A stretch of 64,000 bases of DNA. Origin: Torpedo marmorata. Taxonomy: Eukaryota. The notes beneath the pieces are model-generated. The model saw only the letters and a program-made list of their open reading frames with translations. It did not search any database and was not told the DNA's origin. Where the stretch lies: NCBI GenBank assembly GCA_977017645.1, contig OZ360238.1, positions 26,784,001-26,848,000 of the forward strand, read 5' to 3'. This document shows positions 1 through 11,557 of this stretch, piece after piece. A program made the translations under genes and the position numbers. How positions within the stretch are numbered: position 1 is the stretch's first letter; the number at the start of each line of letters is the position of its first letter.

Positions 1-915
1 GGTTGATCTATGGGACAAGATTTTTAAATTGGTAAATACATCTTCTATATGTGCCCGACATTCATTAATCCAATTCAAGGTGGTGCATCGTGTTCACATG
101 TCCAAAGATAAATTGGCTAGTATTTTTTCTAATATTAACCCTATTTGTGACAGATGCAAATCTGAAATTGCCACATTGACACATATGTTTTGGTCTTGTT
201 CATCCTTATTAAACTATTGGAAAGAATTTTTTAATATCTTTTCAACTATACTACAGGTGGAGCTACGACCCAATCCAATAACTGCTCTTTTCGGGGTTAT
301 TGACCCAGACATAGGGAGATTTTCTGTACCTGTTCAACGGGTTGTGGCCTTCTCTACATTGTTGGCTAGAAGAGCCATCCTATTCAAATGGAAAGACTCT
401 AGACCTCCAACAGTGTTTCAATGGTTTTCTCATATTATGTCTTGTTTAAGCTTAGAAAAAAATTAGATATCATGTATTTGATTCATCGGTGAAATTTGAA
501 GATACATGGCGACCTTTTATGTCTTATTTTCATTTCACATGATGTATATGTTTCTAATGTGATTAGATGTATTACTCTTCCTTTGTTTTTTGACTTACGG
601 TAGGAACCAAAAATTACAAAATATATATAACCTTCAGGATAAGCTGCTCAGTTGTTTTTTGTTAGTTGTTTTTTTTTTTTTTTTTTAATTAGAGTAGGTT
701 AGGTGGGTTTTTTTAATATATATATATAATACTTTTGATGGTTCTTTTTCATTGTCACCTCTTGCAGTGGAGGGGGGATCGAATTTATACTGTTTGAAGT
801 TTTATTTTAATATATATACATATGTGATATTGTATTTTCAATTTCGTTCCCTTTTCTTCATTGTATTGTATTTGTTATAAAAATCAATAAAAAAAGATTG
901 AAAAAGAAAAAAAAA
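1..915 (+). mobile_element. L1-clade LINE 3' fragment (ORF2 C-terminus, 3'UTR, poly(A))
   Basis: ORF 29-466 has the L1 cysteine-rich motif CDRCKSEIATLTHMFWSC and ARRAILFKWK; T-rich UTR, AATAAA near 886, then an A-rich tail. Confidence 0.9.
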
Positions 916-977
916 GAATCTCAGGGTTGTATATGTGATGTCATGTATGTACTCTGACTATAAATGTGAACTTTGAA
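911..977 (+). mobile_element. Rex1/Babar-type LINE 3' tail remnant
   Basis: gaatctcagggttgta..gtgatgtcatgtatgtactctgac..taaa matches the tail attached to the Rex1 ORF end at 61485-61550. Confidence 0.75.
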
Positions 978-979
978 AT

Positions 980-1440
980 TCTTTCCCTTCAGATACTTAT
1001 CCAGCTCCCCTTTGAATTTCCCCTCACGACCCACCCCCTCTCCAAATCCTAACCACACACCCTGTAAAAACAGTTCCTGATTTGACCTCTTTTGGCAACC
1101 ATGTTCACACTCGGTCCTCTATTCTTGACCCCGTCATGAATGGGAATGGATCATCTCTACCTACTCTGTACATACTGTACTCTTTAGGATTTTAAATACA
1201 TTTATCAGATCTCTTTGCAGCTTCCTCTGATCCATCTGGAAGAAATTGGCTTCTGTGCTACATCCAAATAATTCCGATCACTCATTGCTGGTGAGTAGAA
1301 CTGGATTCAATACTCCACTTGTGAGTGAACCAGTATTTTTTTTAAACAAATCATCTTGTATCCTGTGTCCCTGTTTATGAGACCTAGTGACATGTATACT
1401 TTTTATTTCAACACCTTCTCAATCTGATTTGCCAGTGAAT
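980..1440 (-). mobile_element. Highly degraded CR1-like LINE fragment
   Basis: Residual similarity to minus-strand CR1 3' regions elsewhere in the window (ttttaaatacatttatcagatctc, gaactggattcaatactcca). Confidence 0.5.
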
Positions 1441-1599
1441 TATGCAACCTTTCAGCTCTTATACCCCTAACAATCTTTTATTTTTGGTTTGTGTTGCCGC
1501 TTCTCAAAAATTTAACATTTTATTTCTTTTTGTAGTGTTTCCTTCTTTCATTTCAAAATTAACTTTATTCACAATAAAATTATATATACAGTGCAAGGT

Positions 1600-2075
1600 C
1601 TTTTCCCATCTGTATTGTCTTTTAAAAATATTTTTATTGCTATTTTACAATAAAAAAAGTTGAACAATGCAATTATGAAATGTGCTACAAGACTAGAAAA
1701 AAAGTAACAATAATGATCATAAGTACAAGTTCCAAAGCACAATTATGATAATAAAAAAGAGCATAACAAAAGAAAAAAATAAAATAAAATTTTAAAACCC
1801 CTTCCCCTAAGCAAGGTTGAAGATTAACATTCATAAATCCAAGTGCCTCAGTCTTAGAGAGGGTCAAGATTCCAGATTAACACTAAATATTAAGGTTGTG
1901 GTAGTAGTCCAAGAACGAACCCCATATCATTTGGAATTTAATATTTGAATTATTAACTGCATATCTAATTTTTTTCAAATTTAAACAAGACATAATATCC
2001 CTAAGCCACTGTGCATGTATAGGTGGAGTATTATCTTTCCATTTAATCAAAATTGCACGTCTGGCCATCTGTATT
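1600..2075 (-). mobile_element. L1-clade LINE 3' fragment
   Basis: ORF 1883-2068 ARRAILIKWKDNTPPIHAQWLRDIMSCLNLKKIRY is homologous to the L1 C-terminus at 29-466. Confidence 0.85.
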
Positions 2076-2139
2076 GTCAGATTTGTACATACACAAAGGA
2101 AGACAGTGCAGTCTTTTCACATTCATCGGGTCATATTCT

Positions 2140-2375
2140 TTTGTTCAAAGTTCAGATTTATTGTCAGAGTACATACATGACATCACATACAGCCCTGAGA
2201 TTCTTTTTCCTGCGGGCCAGGCAGAATTTCTACTTATGGGTAACTGAACACTGTACTCAGGAATAGAAATGTATACAAAAGAAAGAAATGCAAACAAAGA
2301 AGAAATGTAAACAAACTGACTGCAAAATGAGAAAATAAATATTCAATAATAAATAATGTGCAAAGTTAAATGAGT
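2140..2375 (-). mobile_element. Rex1/Babar-type LINE 3' tail
   Basis: Reverse complement of the tail at 8690-8775 and 61340-61550. Confidence 0.8.
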
Positions 2376-2384
2376 TTGTTGTTG

Positions 2385-3720
2385 GTCATTCTATTATTGA
2401 ACATTGTAGCATTAACCATTTAGAGAATCCTAAAGTGCCCTTCCCCCAGGGTTTCCATTGTTTGAGGGACTTGCTTATCAATCTCGGTCCTTCAATGCCT
2501 GGTAGCAGAAGGATCCTGGACGATGTCCTTCCACACAGAGCTCTTGCATTGGTTATGCCAAGCCTCAGTGCATCTCTCATGAAAATTCATTTGCCACTTA
2601 TCTACCCATTCCAGCACCCTGTCTCTGTTTCCTTGAAATCGAGTACTACCTTCCTCACAGTTCAGTAGTTTTGTGTCATCTGGAAATTTGGAAACTGTGT
2701 CCTGTACATTCATGTCCAAGGCATTAATATATATCAAGTAGCAATCCTCTCTGACCCCCCCGGAGTATTCCAGCGAACATTTCCACCAGTCTGAGAAATA
2801 ATCTCTCATTCCCACAGTGACCTGCTACACACTCTGAGTGCCAGTCTTCCAACTGTTCCACTCACTTTAGCAAAATTGATTTGAATCTGGATGCCAAGCT
2901 GATTATGTGACACGTTATCAAATGGTTTTTGCAAGTTCATGTACACCACATCAACAACATTTTCTTCAATGACCTTCTCCATTTTGTTCAACAAAAAAAA
3001 CTGCAAGGCAGTTAGATAAGATTTGCCTTCAAGATACCCATGCTGTTCTTTTCTAATAAAACCACACATTTCCAAGTGACTATTAATTCAATCCCAGATG
3101 TTTTTTTTTCCCCCAGAACATTAGCTCCCTCCGATGTTAATAACCAGCCAGCAATTACTGGAGATATCCCTGGACCCTTTTTAACATTTACAATTATATT
3201 GTCCTCAGACACCACCCCTCTATCGACAGAAATTTGCAAGCATACAGTTAGGGCTTTTGCATTATCCTTCCCTGCTTCACTTGCCAACCCGGGATACGTT
3301 CCCCCTGGACCAGGTGGTTTATCACTATGCCCAACGAACGTTTCTAGTACTTTATCAATTCCTAGACTATTTGGAATGCAACTTCTGCCTTTGCTGAAAC
3401 TCCAGCACCATCTTCCATGGCAAGGCCAATTCACAACTGACTCCACATAACACCTGGCAAACTATGAGGCCCCATGTTACCATACGATTGAGTATAACCT
3501 CTTCACTGAGCACCTCTGCCTTTCCCTCTGCTCCCATGAGTGAATTTTCTTCTTGGTTTATGTTTGGACCCATTTCATCTATCACATCTATTTTCTTCTT
3601 CACATTCTTGGGAAGTATTTTTGGATTCTCTTTGATGCTTGTTGCCAACATTTATATCAAGTACTCTCCTCACCTGGTGATTTCCCTTCTGATCATTTTG
3701 CAATAGTCAACCAGGTTCTA
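2385..3720 (-). mobile_element. Degraded CR1 LINE RT region
   Basis: Frameshifted peptides QHGYLEGKSYLT, VDVVYMNLQKPFDNVSH, YINALD..SKFPDDTKL, WVDKWQMNF. Confidence 0.85.
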
Positions 3721-4149
3721 GTAGCAACCTGGCATCTATTTTGTGCTCGTTTTTACGCTGCACCCTTTTGGTTATGAGAGAGCTCTCCTCTCTTTCTCCA
3801 TCATGGGAAATTAACTGGACTGCAACTGAAACCAATGTTCAGTTACTCCTTTGCTTGCCAAGCATGGGTTCTACTTTTCCCAGACTTGATCTACTTTCAA
3901 CCCCTGTGATGCAACCCTACATTCCACATCCCAGGGCATGAACAAAACGCAACTCTTCTGCTAAATAGTGCTGTCTATGATAATCCATGATCACATGCAT
4001 TGCAGTTCCACTCACCCAACTGTGAAACAACATAACTCATCAAACCCTTGATAAGATGCGATACGATGCAGCAAACGCAATCAACTGATTCCCTATAATA
4101 CAGCAACATTCCTCAAGCCCATGTTACCGTGAGACCGAGTGCAGTCTCT

Positions 4150-4400
4150 TTTTAAAAATGTAAATATACAGCACGGTAACACGTCATTTTGGCCGTCCGT
4201 GCTGCCTAATTAACACCCAATTAACCTACACCCCCGGTACGTTTCAAACGGTGGGAGGAAACCGGAGCCCCCAGGGAAAACCCACGCAGACACAGGGAGA
4301 CATGTACAAACTCCTTACAGACAGCGCGGGATTCGAACCCCGTTCCCGATCGCTGGCGCTGTAACAGTGTTGAGTAACTGCTATGGTAACCGTGCCGCCC
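4150..4400 (-). mobile_element. HE1-like tRNA-derived V-SINE
   Basis: Head gggcggcacgg with B box ggttcgaatcc; V-domain gtctgcgtgggttttcc..ctccggtttcctcccac. Confidence 0.85.
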
Positions 4401-4627
4401 TTACACCAACTGTTCCGCTCTTCAGCTTTTTCTTCACAATATTAAATGAGGAAGGTCATACATGACTTAACTAGGATTTTCACCTCCAATACTCGGTCCA
4501 GAACTATAAATGATGAATAATGTCTTGATATCGCACATAACTTTGACCTTTCTGACATGAATCGATGTCTAGCATTCACTGCACCTTTGTGATATGATAG
4601 AAATTGTTTGGATTTACATTTAAATTA

Positions 4628-5605
4628 GGGTGGCACAGTTAGTGTAGTGGTCAGCGCAATGCTATTATAGTAGCAGAGAACCGGGTTTGAATTCGATGCT
4701 GTCTGTACGTTCTCCCTGTATCCATGTGGGTTTCCTCCGGGAACTCTAATGAAATACAATTTTGGGAAGTGCATGGTCATGCACTTTGGTAGAAGAAATA
4801 AACGGGCAGACTATTTTCTAAATGGGCAGAAAAATTGAAAATTCCCAGATGCAAAGGGTCCTGGGAGTCAGTGGTGAAGGCGGCAAGTACAATTCTGGCC
4901 TTCATTTCAAGAGGAATAGAATAAAATGTGTGATGTTGAGGCTTTATAAGGCACTGGCGAGACCCCACTTGGAGTATTGCGAGCAGTTATGGGCTCCATG
5001 TTTAAGAAAGGATGTGCTAACATTGGACAGGGTTCAGAGGAGGTTCATGAGGATGATTCTGGGAATGAAAGGATTATCATATAAAGAGCTCTTGGCCTGT
5101 ATTCGTTGGAATTTAGGAGAATGAGGGGAGATCTCATTGAAACGTTTTGAATGTTGAAAGGGATAGACAGAGTAGATGTAGAAAGGTTGTTTCCCAAGGT
5201 GGGAGAATCTAGGACAAAAGGGCACAACTTCAGGATTGAAGGGCGTCCACTTAGAACAAAGATGTGGAGGAATTTCTTCAGCGAGATGGAAGTGAATCTG
5301 TGGAATTTGTTGCCATAGCCTGCTGTGGAAGGCGTCATTGGGTGTATTTAGCAGAGATTGATAGGTTGATTAGCCAGAGCATCAAGGGTTATGGGGCCAG
5401 GCAGTGGGGCTGAGTTGGAGAATGGATCAGCTCATGATTAAATGGCAGACTCGATGGGCTGAATAGCCTATTTCTGTTCCTATGCCTTATGGGTGCTCTG
5501 GCTTCCTCCCACATGGCAAACACGTACAGGGTTAGTAGGTTAATTAGTGACATGGGTGTATTTGGGCAGTGCAGGCTCGTGGGCCGGCTGGGCCTGTATC
5601 TCTAA
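4628..5605 (+). mobile_element. HE1-like SINE split by a CR1 insertion (head 4628-4747, remainder 5491-5605)
   Basis: Head and V-domain stop at tttcctccggg and resume at gggtgctctggcttcctcccac. Confidence 0.75.
4748..5490 (+). mobile_element. CR1 (HER1-like) LINE 3' fragment
   Basis: LYKALARPHLEYCEQLWAP..VQRRFMRMILG; CR1 3'UTR gatgggctgaatagcctatttctg. Confidence 0.9.
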
Positions 5606-5899
5606 TAGATATATCATGTGGGAAATTTTAATTTCCATTCAGAAGCTGAGCAGGGCAAATGGAGATAACCTGCCTGAAACTCAGCCAAGGGGCTCTGGTT
5701 TAATACAATTTAACCAATGCACTATCCCATGCACTGTACCTCTTTCTGGGCTAAGGAATATGCTACTAGAGTATGTAGTCCCACATGAAGTAGGAGCTGG
5801 AGCCAGCATCACCCCACATTATTTCTGTGCAACCAGGGGACATTTCCTGTTCTGTGAAGATCCATGAGACTATAACAGCGAAGGAAAGATCATGGTATG

Positions 5900-6380
5900 A
5901 AACACAAAAGTCTGCAGATTGTAGAAAAACACAGAAATGCTGGAGGATCTCAGCAGGTCTCGGAGCATCCACAGGAGGTAAAGATATATAACCAATGTTT
6001 CGGGCCTGAGCCCTTCTTCAAGATATGAGCAAAAGGCAGGCAGGTGTCTGAATTAAAAGGCCGGGGGAGGAGGGAGGAAAGGGCAGGGGGAGGAGCACAG
6101 GCCCACAGGCAAAAGGTGTTAATTGGACATGGATTGGAGGGCAGGAGAGCAAAGGTGAGAATTGATCAGGGGAGGGGGTGGCTCTGTGAATGCAGAGCTG
6201 GAGGAAAGGAGACAGAGGGAAAAGGGTGGGGGGGGAGAGAGAGAGAGAGAGATGGAGACGGAGAATCAGAGAGAAAAGAAACAAGGATAGGGGAAGAGAG
6301 AGATGGTGGGGGTGGAGGGGGGGTGCTAACAGACACCGGAGAAGTCGATATTAATGCCATTAGGTTGGAGGCTGCCTAGA
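5900..6380 (-). mobile_element. Penelope-like element 3' end (GIY-YIG C-terminus, pyrimidine tract, hammerhead-bearing terminus)
   Basis: Minus strand 6379-6326 translates LGSLQPNGINIDFSGVC*; then ttgaagaagggctcaggcccgaaac and the terminal gacctgctgag..cctccagcattt motif. Confidence 0.85.
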
Positions 6381-6439
6381 AGGAAGGAAAGCTGTGTCAT
6401 TACTGCACACTTCCAATGGCTGTTTATTGCCAGGAGACA

Positions 6440-6680
6440 TGATAAAAGTGATCAGGCCAGAAACATCGACTGGTTATAACTTTCCATAGATGTTGTGAGA
6501 CCTGCTGAGTTCCTCTAGCATAGTGGTTTTCAAACTTTTTCTTTCCACTCACATACCACCTTAAGTAACCCTTACTAATCACAGAGCACCTATGGCACAG
6601 GGATTACTTAAGGTGGTATGTGAGTGGAAAGAAAAAGTTTGAAAACCACTGCTCCAGCACTTTTGTGTATTGATCCTTAC
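6440..6680 (+). mobile_element. Penelope terminus in opposite orientation, interrupted by a MITE
   Basis: ggccagaaacatcgactgg..gacctgctgagttcctctagca[MITE]ctccagcacttttgtgt. Confidence 0.7.
6521..6651. mobile_element. 131-bp hAT-type MITE
   Basis: 48-bp near-perfect TIRs (6521-6568 / 6604-6651) beginning (C/T)AGTGGTTTTCAAAC; 8-bp TSD ctctagca/ctccagca. Confidence 0.92.
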
Positions 6681-7572
6681 ATTTGCAATTGAGATCGTAA
6701 CTATTCAAAAGGCCACGATCTGCATGACAAGGAGACACATGAAGGTAAAGACAGGCTGCAGATGCTGGAAAACTGGTGAAACACAAAACACTGGAGCATT
6801 TTGTGTGTTTCTTGAGCGGACTCCTGAATACAAGCAGGCAACCCTGGCTCTCCAAGGGAAAATCCCTTTCAAAATGGCAGCAGACAAAGCTTCGGCTTTA
6901 ATGGGGCTGTAAATCTACTGACCCAATGTTAAGGCCATCACCACCTCGTTAACACCGATTTTGATCAGACAAAAATCACCTCACACCTTTCAGACACCTC
7001 CTTTCAAGCTCCAAGTCTCTCCAGCTTTAGCTCATAACCTTGACCTCCACCCAAAAGATCTAATGGCCTCTTCTTGCACTGCCTGGCTCTTTTAAACTTC
7101 GGGAATGGTCACAGTGCTCCAGGTGTGGACTGATCTCTGCTCTGGCTCTGTACACTTTGATCCTGATTTTTTTCTGTTTTTTTCTATTCCACTGCTTTGC
7201 CTACAATAGCTCACGATTACATTGCATTTATTGATTGCCTGTCCACATAAGTTGGAAACATTGAACACCAATTCTACTAAAATTTGTATCAATTGCTCTT
7301 CATCTAGATTTAACGAATTTTTTAACTGGATTTCAACAATACATATTGTAGTAATGAGTGAATTATACAGGCCAAGAGATGTGGAATAACTTTAGCACGA
7401 GGCTTCAAGTTGCCCATCTTATTTGCTGACTGTAAGCTTTAATACATGTAAACAAGCTGCCATGTTTGGTTGTAACTCTGAATCACAACTCCTAAACAAC
7501 AAACTCAGAGTCTCATTTAAGGACTCTTACTTTGCACGTTATTTATATCTGAATATTTATTTTTCCGTATTG

Positions 7573-7812
7573 CAGCACCAATAGCCTGAATACGACTGGG
7601 ATTGTTTGATCTCGGAAGCTAAGCAGGCACAGGACTGGTCAGTACTTGGAGGGGAGACCGCCTAGGAACACCAGGTGCTGTAGGTTTCTGTGAGGGGCGC
7701 TGGACAAAGTAGTGACCCTCTGTCTGCCTTACGGTAGACAAAAATTAAAGAATTTCATGTATGTTACATTCTAAATGTAGTATTACATGTCAATAATGGA
7801 ACCTTTACCTTT
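7573..7812 (+). mobile_element. 5S rRNA-derived SINE (SINE3 type)
   Basis: 7573-7687 matches 5S rRNA (tgatctcggaagctaagcagg, agtacttggaggggagaccgcctaggaacaccaggtgctgtagg); no T4 terminator; continues into a body, stem-loop and (accttt) tail. Confidence 0.85.
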
Positions 7813-7910
7813 TTATCTATACATTTCTTTCTTTGTCTTACCTTTCTCTCTTTTGTACATGTATCTTTTTGTTGAGTACATTGTACAGTTATCAATAAGT
7901 AGAAATTCTG

Positions 7911-8683
7911 TAAGAATTATGTAAACAAAGTATGACGAAGATTATTAACATTAGATATAGATGAGTGCAATATAATTGTTTTCATCAATTATATCTAACA
8001 CCTAAGAAATTAAAGAAATTTAATCTGACATTATCTGGTTTATGTTTTAGATGTAATAGAGAGGAAGGTTCTTTTGTACACTCTACATGGCTTTGTCCAA
8101 AGATATATGATTTTTGGTTGAAAGTTAAAAAGTTTTTAGACAAAGTATTAAGTATTACACTCCCAATGGATCCTATGATATTTTTGTTTGGAGATATTAA
8201 AATAATTAGTATTAAGATGAAATTAAATATGTATCAAATAGAATTTTTGCAAATTGCTTTAGCTGTTTCTAAGAAATATATTGCTATTACATGGAAATCT
8301 GATGTAGATTTAGGGTTAGAAAGATGGCATGCAGAATTTCGTTCAGCTATACCACTTGAAAAAATTACTTATAATTTACGTAACAAATATCATTTCTTTT
8401 TGAAAATATGGAGCCCATATATAAAAATTGTTGGTTTAAGGATTTGAAGATCTCTGGATATCAGATCTGACTGGCGAACCTATCTTCCACAATAAAATCA
8501 GCTTATAGTTGTTCTTTTTTAGATTGACATTCTCCTTACTCTATCTTTTTCTTTCTTTCTATTTTATTAGAATAGTAGGGGTGGGAGGGGAGGTGAAAAT
8601 ATATCACATGTATTTTAATAATTTTGCCTTTTATAATATGTATTATTGAGTGATTTAAAAATTTTAATAAAATATTTTTTAAA
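7911..8683 (+). mobile_element. 5'-truncated L1 insertion with 14-bp TSD
   Basis: ORF 7965-8447 CFRCNREEGSFVHSTWLC..PLEKITY; AATAAA at 8666; TSD aagtagaaattctg at 7897-7910 and 8684-8697. Confidence 0.92.
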
Positions 8684-9018
8684 AAGTAGAAATTCTGCCT
8701 GGCCCGCAGGAAAAAGAATCTCAGGGTTGTATGTGATGTCATGTATGTACTCTGACAATAAATCTGAACTTTGATTTTGAAAGCAATTCATTTGCTGTAA
8801 AACACAGTAGGATTTCATAGGAACTAGGTTTTAAAATACATTTAATTGCCCTGTTCAACATGGAAACTAAACACAGGGAAGGGGACTACATTGCTGCTAC
8901 CTCTTTTATGTTTGAAAGTGCAACCGTGAGCTACTGCTGATTTATTTCTCTTTTGGCCTCACTTGATCCTATTTTAGCATCTCATTGATGGTGGACACAG
9001 GCTTCAAGAACATGAAGG

Positions 9019-9242
9019 CAGCCATTCTCCACCATTTTTTGGCTATGACCCCCTCAGGACCCTGCTCAAAGTTTATGGGCCCCCTTCCCTGTGAAGCCGC
9101 CAAATTTAGTTGGTTTCTTCCGTACTTCTCTCCTATCGACTACATAAAAAACATTAAAAAATGTCATGATTTCAGTCCGTGGCCCCCCCTTAAATGTGTG
9201 CTGGCCCCCAGGGGGTGGTATGGCCCCCATTGAGAATGGCTG
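9019..9242. mobile_element. hAT-type MITE
   Basis: TIR cagccattctc / gagaatggctg; related left end at 60425-60600. Confidence 0.75.
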
Positions 9243-9384
9243 ATGTAGGGCATTCTAGGACGTCTCCAAATGCATCCAACTTTGAAAAGATCTCACGTTG
9301 CTTGGCAACTCTACAGCAAAGCCTAGCAGTAAAGTCCCTTTCCTTCCCCAAAAAATGTTTAATCCATTCAGTTTCCTTGCCTCC

Positions 9385-9487
9385 CCATACACCTTGGGCC
9401 CCCTTATTAAGGATTTTATTCCATGCCCCCCCCTTAAATGTGCTGTGGCCCCCAGGGGGGCTGTATGACCACCATTGAGAATGGCTG
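9385..9487. mobile_element. Second right end of the same hAT MITE family
   Basis: cccccttaaatgtgctgtggcccccagggggg..attgagaatggctg repeats 9183-9242. Confidence 0.7.
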
Positions 9488-9654
9488 CTCCATAGTTTTC
9501 TCATGTGAACGTTTGGTCTTTAACCAGATCCTTATTCTGAAAACTCCCACCTGAAACCAGGTTATCTGGTATCTTGCATTACCTCCTTCCTTTACTATTG
9601 ACACACCTTTTGTTTCTTTAAAATCACAGTGCTTCTACCTTTGGCACAACCAAA

Positions 9655-9912
9655 TTTTAAAAATTTAAATTTAAACATACAGATATACAGTACGGTAACA
9701 GGCCATTTCGGCCCACAAGTCCATGCCGCCCAATTTACACCCAATTAACCTACACCCTCAGTACGTTTTGAACGGTGGGAGGAAACCGGAGCCCCCGGGT
9801 AATACCCTCGCAGACATGGGGAGAACATACAAACTCCTTACAGACAGCGTGGGATTCGAACCCTGCCGCTGTAAAGGTGTTGCGCTAACCGCTACGCCAA
9901 CCATGCCACCCC
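9655..9912 (-). mobile_element. HE1-like V-SINE
   Basis: High similarity to 4150-4400; (aaattt)n tail. Confidence 0.85.
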
Positions 9913-10605
9913 TTTCCACAATTTATGTGCATTGGTTTTAGTCAAATATTTTCCCTGAGTGCACTGATACATACATTCACTAGTTATTTCTGAAGAAGTC
10001 TGTGCCCAAATGATGATAATAATTGATGTCACATGATTCCAACATTTTCCAATGTTATGCATGAATGCAAGAATATTCTTCTGTCCCAAAAAGAGGGTGC
10101 GAAATAATTACTTTGAGCTAATGGAACAAAGATAGGCCAGCTGCTGCAAAACTCAGTGGTGCGCAAGGTGTTGTTGGAGAATGTAACAACTCCATGACCA
10201 GGCTGCAGAATGTTGGTGCATAAAGGGTGCCAGGGATCAAGGCCTGACGAGGATGGGGGCTGCCCGGAGTTTAGGTGGGGGAATGTGATTCAGAGATCAT
10301 CACACTGGGAGGGTTGCTGCAGCTGAGAACAGGCAAGTTAAAAGAAATTGAAAGATCAACTGGCTCAGTATGCCATTGATGGTCTGAGCCCTGCTCCAGG
10401 AGGCCCACTTCCAACAGCATCACTGAAAAAAATCTGGTTGTTCAAGGAGTGATCAGAGATGGACGTTCTGAGGAATAATGCATTGATTTCCCAGTATGCA
10501 GCAATCCACAAAGCACGACGTCATCCAGTGCATGCCTAATGCAAAAATTACATCATCAATGTGTGGGATTTGAAACGGGACTTGATCAGCTGAATTTCAC
10601 AAGTT

Positions 10606-11235
10606 AGACCATAAGACTATATGACACAGGAGCAGAAATAGGCTAATCAGGCCCACTATTTAACCATGAGCTGATCCATTTTCCCACTCAGCCCCACTGC
10701 CCGGCCTTCTCCCCATAATGTTTGATGCTCTGGCTAATCAAGAATCTATCAATCTCTGCCTTAAATACACCCAATGACTTGGCCTCCATAACCGCCTGCG
10801 GCAACAAATTCCAGATTTACCACCCTCCGACTAAAGAAATTCCTAATCATCTCTGTTCTAAGCGGCCCTTCAATCCTGAAGTCATGCCCTCTTATCCTAG
10901 ACTCTCCCATCATGGGAAACAATCTTTCTGCATCTACTCTGTCCATGTCTCTCAACATTTGAAATATTTCAATGAGATCCTCCCATCATTCACCTAAATT
11001 CCAATGAGTACAGGCCAAGAGCAGTCAACCACTCCTCATATAACCCTTGCATTCCCAGAATCATCCTTGTAAACCTCCTCTGAACCCTCTAACATCAGCA
11101 TATCCTTTCTTAAATGAGGAACCCAAAACTGCTCACAATACGCCAAGTGAGGTCTCAACAGTGCCTTATAAAACTTCAACATCACATCCCTGTTCCAATA
11201 TTCTATTCCTATTGAAATGATTGCCAGTTGCACAA
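10606..11235 (-). mobile_element. CR1 LINE 3' fragment
   Basis: FYKALLRPHLAYCEQFWVPHLRKD; RVDAERLFPMMGESRIRGH. Confidence 0.9.
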
Positions 11236-11454
11236 TTCAACATTAAAATAATCACTACCTTGTTCCTCCTCTCTGCAATAGGCAATTAGTAGATGTTTTA
11301 ATACTGAAGAAAATTACACCATGCTTCTGAACTCATGGCCAGTTCTATCTTCCTTTCTCTGACTGGTCGAAGCCTTGAAACAAGTGCCTATATATTCTTT
11401 TCATCCCATCCCTGCTAACCTGTCTGATATTCAGAATTTCATAACCTGACGTTT

Positions 11455-11557
11455 AAACACAAAAATGCTGGAGGAATTCAGCAGGTCCACCAGTGTCCAT
11501 TGGAGGTAAAGATATGTAACCAACGTTTCAGGCCTGAGCCATTCTTCAAGGTTACAA
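11455..11557 (-). mobile_element. Penelope terminus with minimal hammerhead motif
   Basis: Minus strand: tgtaacc ttgaaga a tggctcaggcct gaaac gtt ggttaca, then gacctgctgaattcctccagcattt. Confidence 0.8.

Larger units (their letters stand above)
7485..8778 (+). mobile_element. Rex1-type 3' tail interrupted by a 5S-SINE and an L1
   Basis: Pieces 7485-7574, 7815-7910 and 8684-8778 are collinear with the tail at 60820-61550. Confidence 0.75.

Noticed and set aside
7573-7687. Functional 5S rRNA gene
   Set aside because: Many substitutions, eroded 5' end, no T4 terminator, and fused to a retroelement tail
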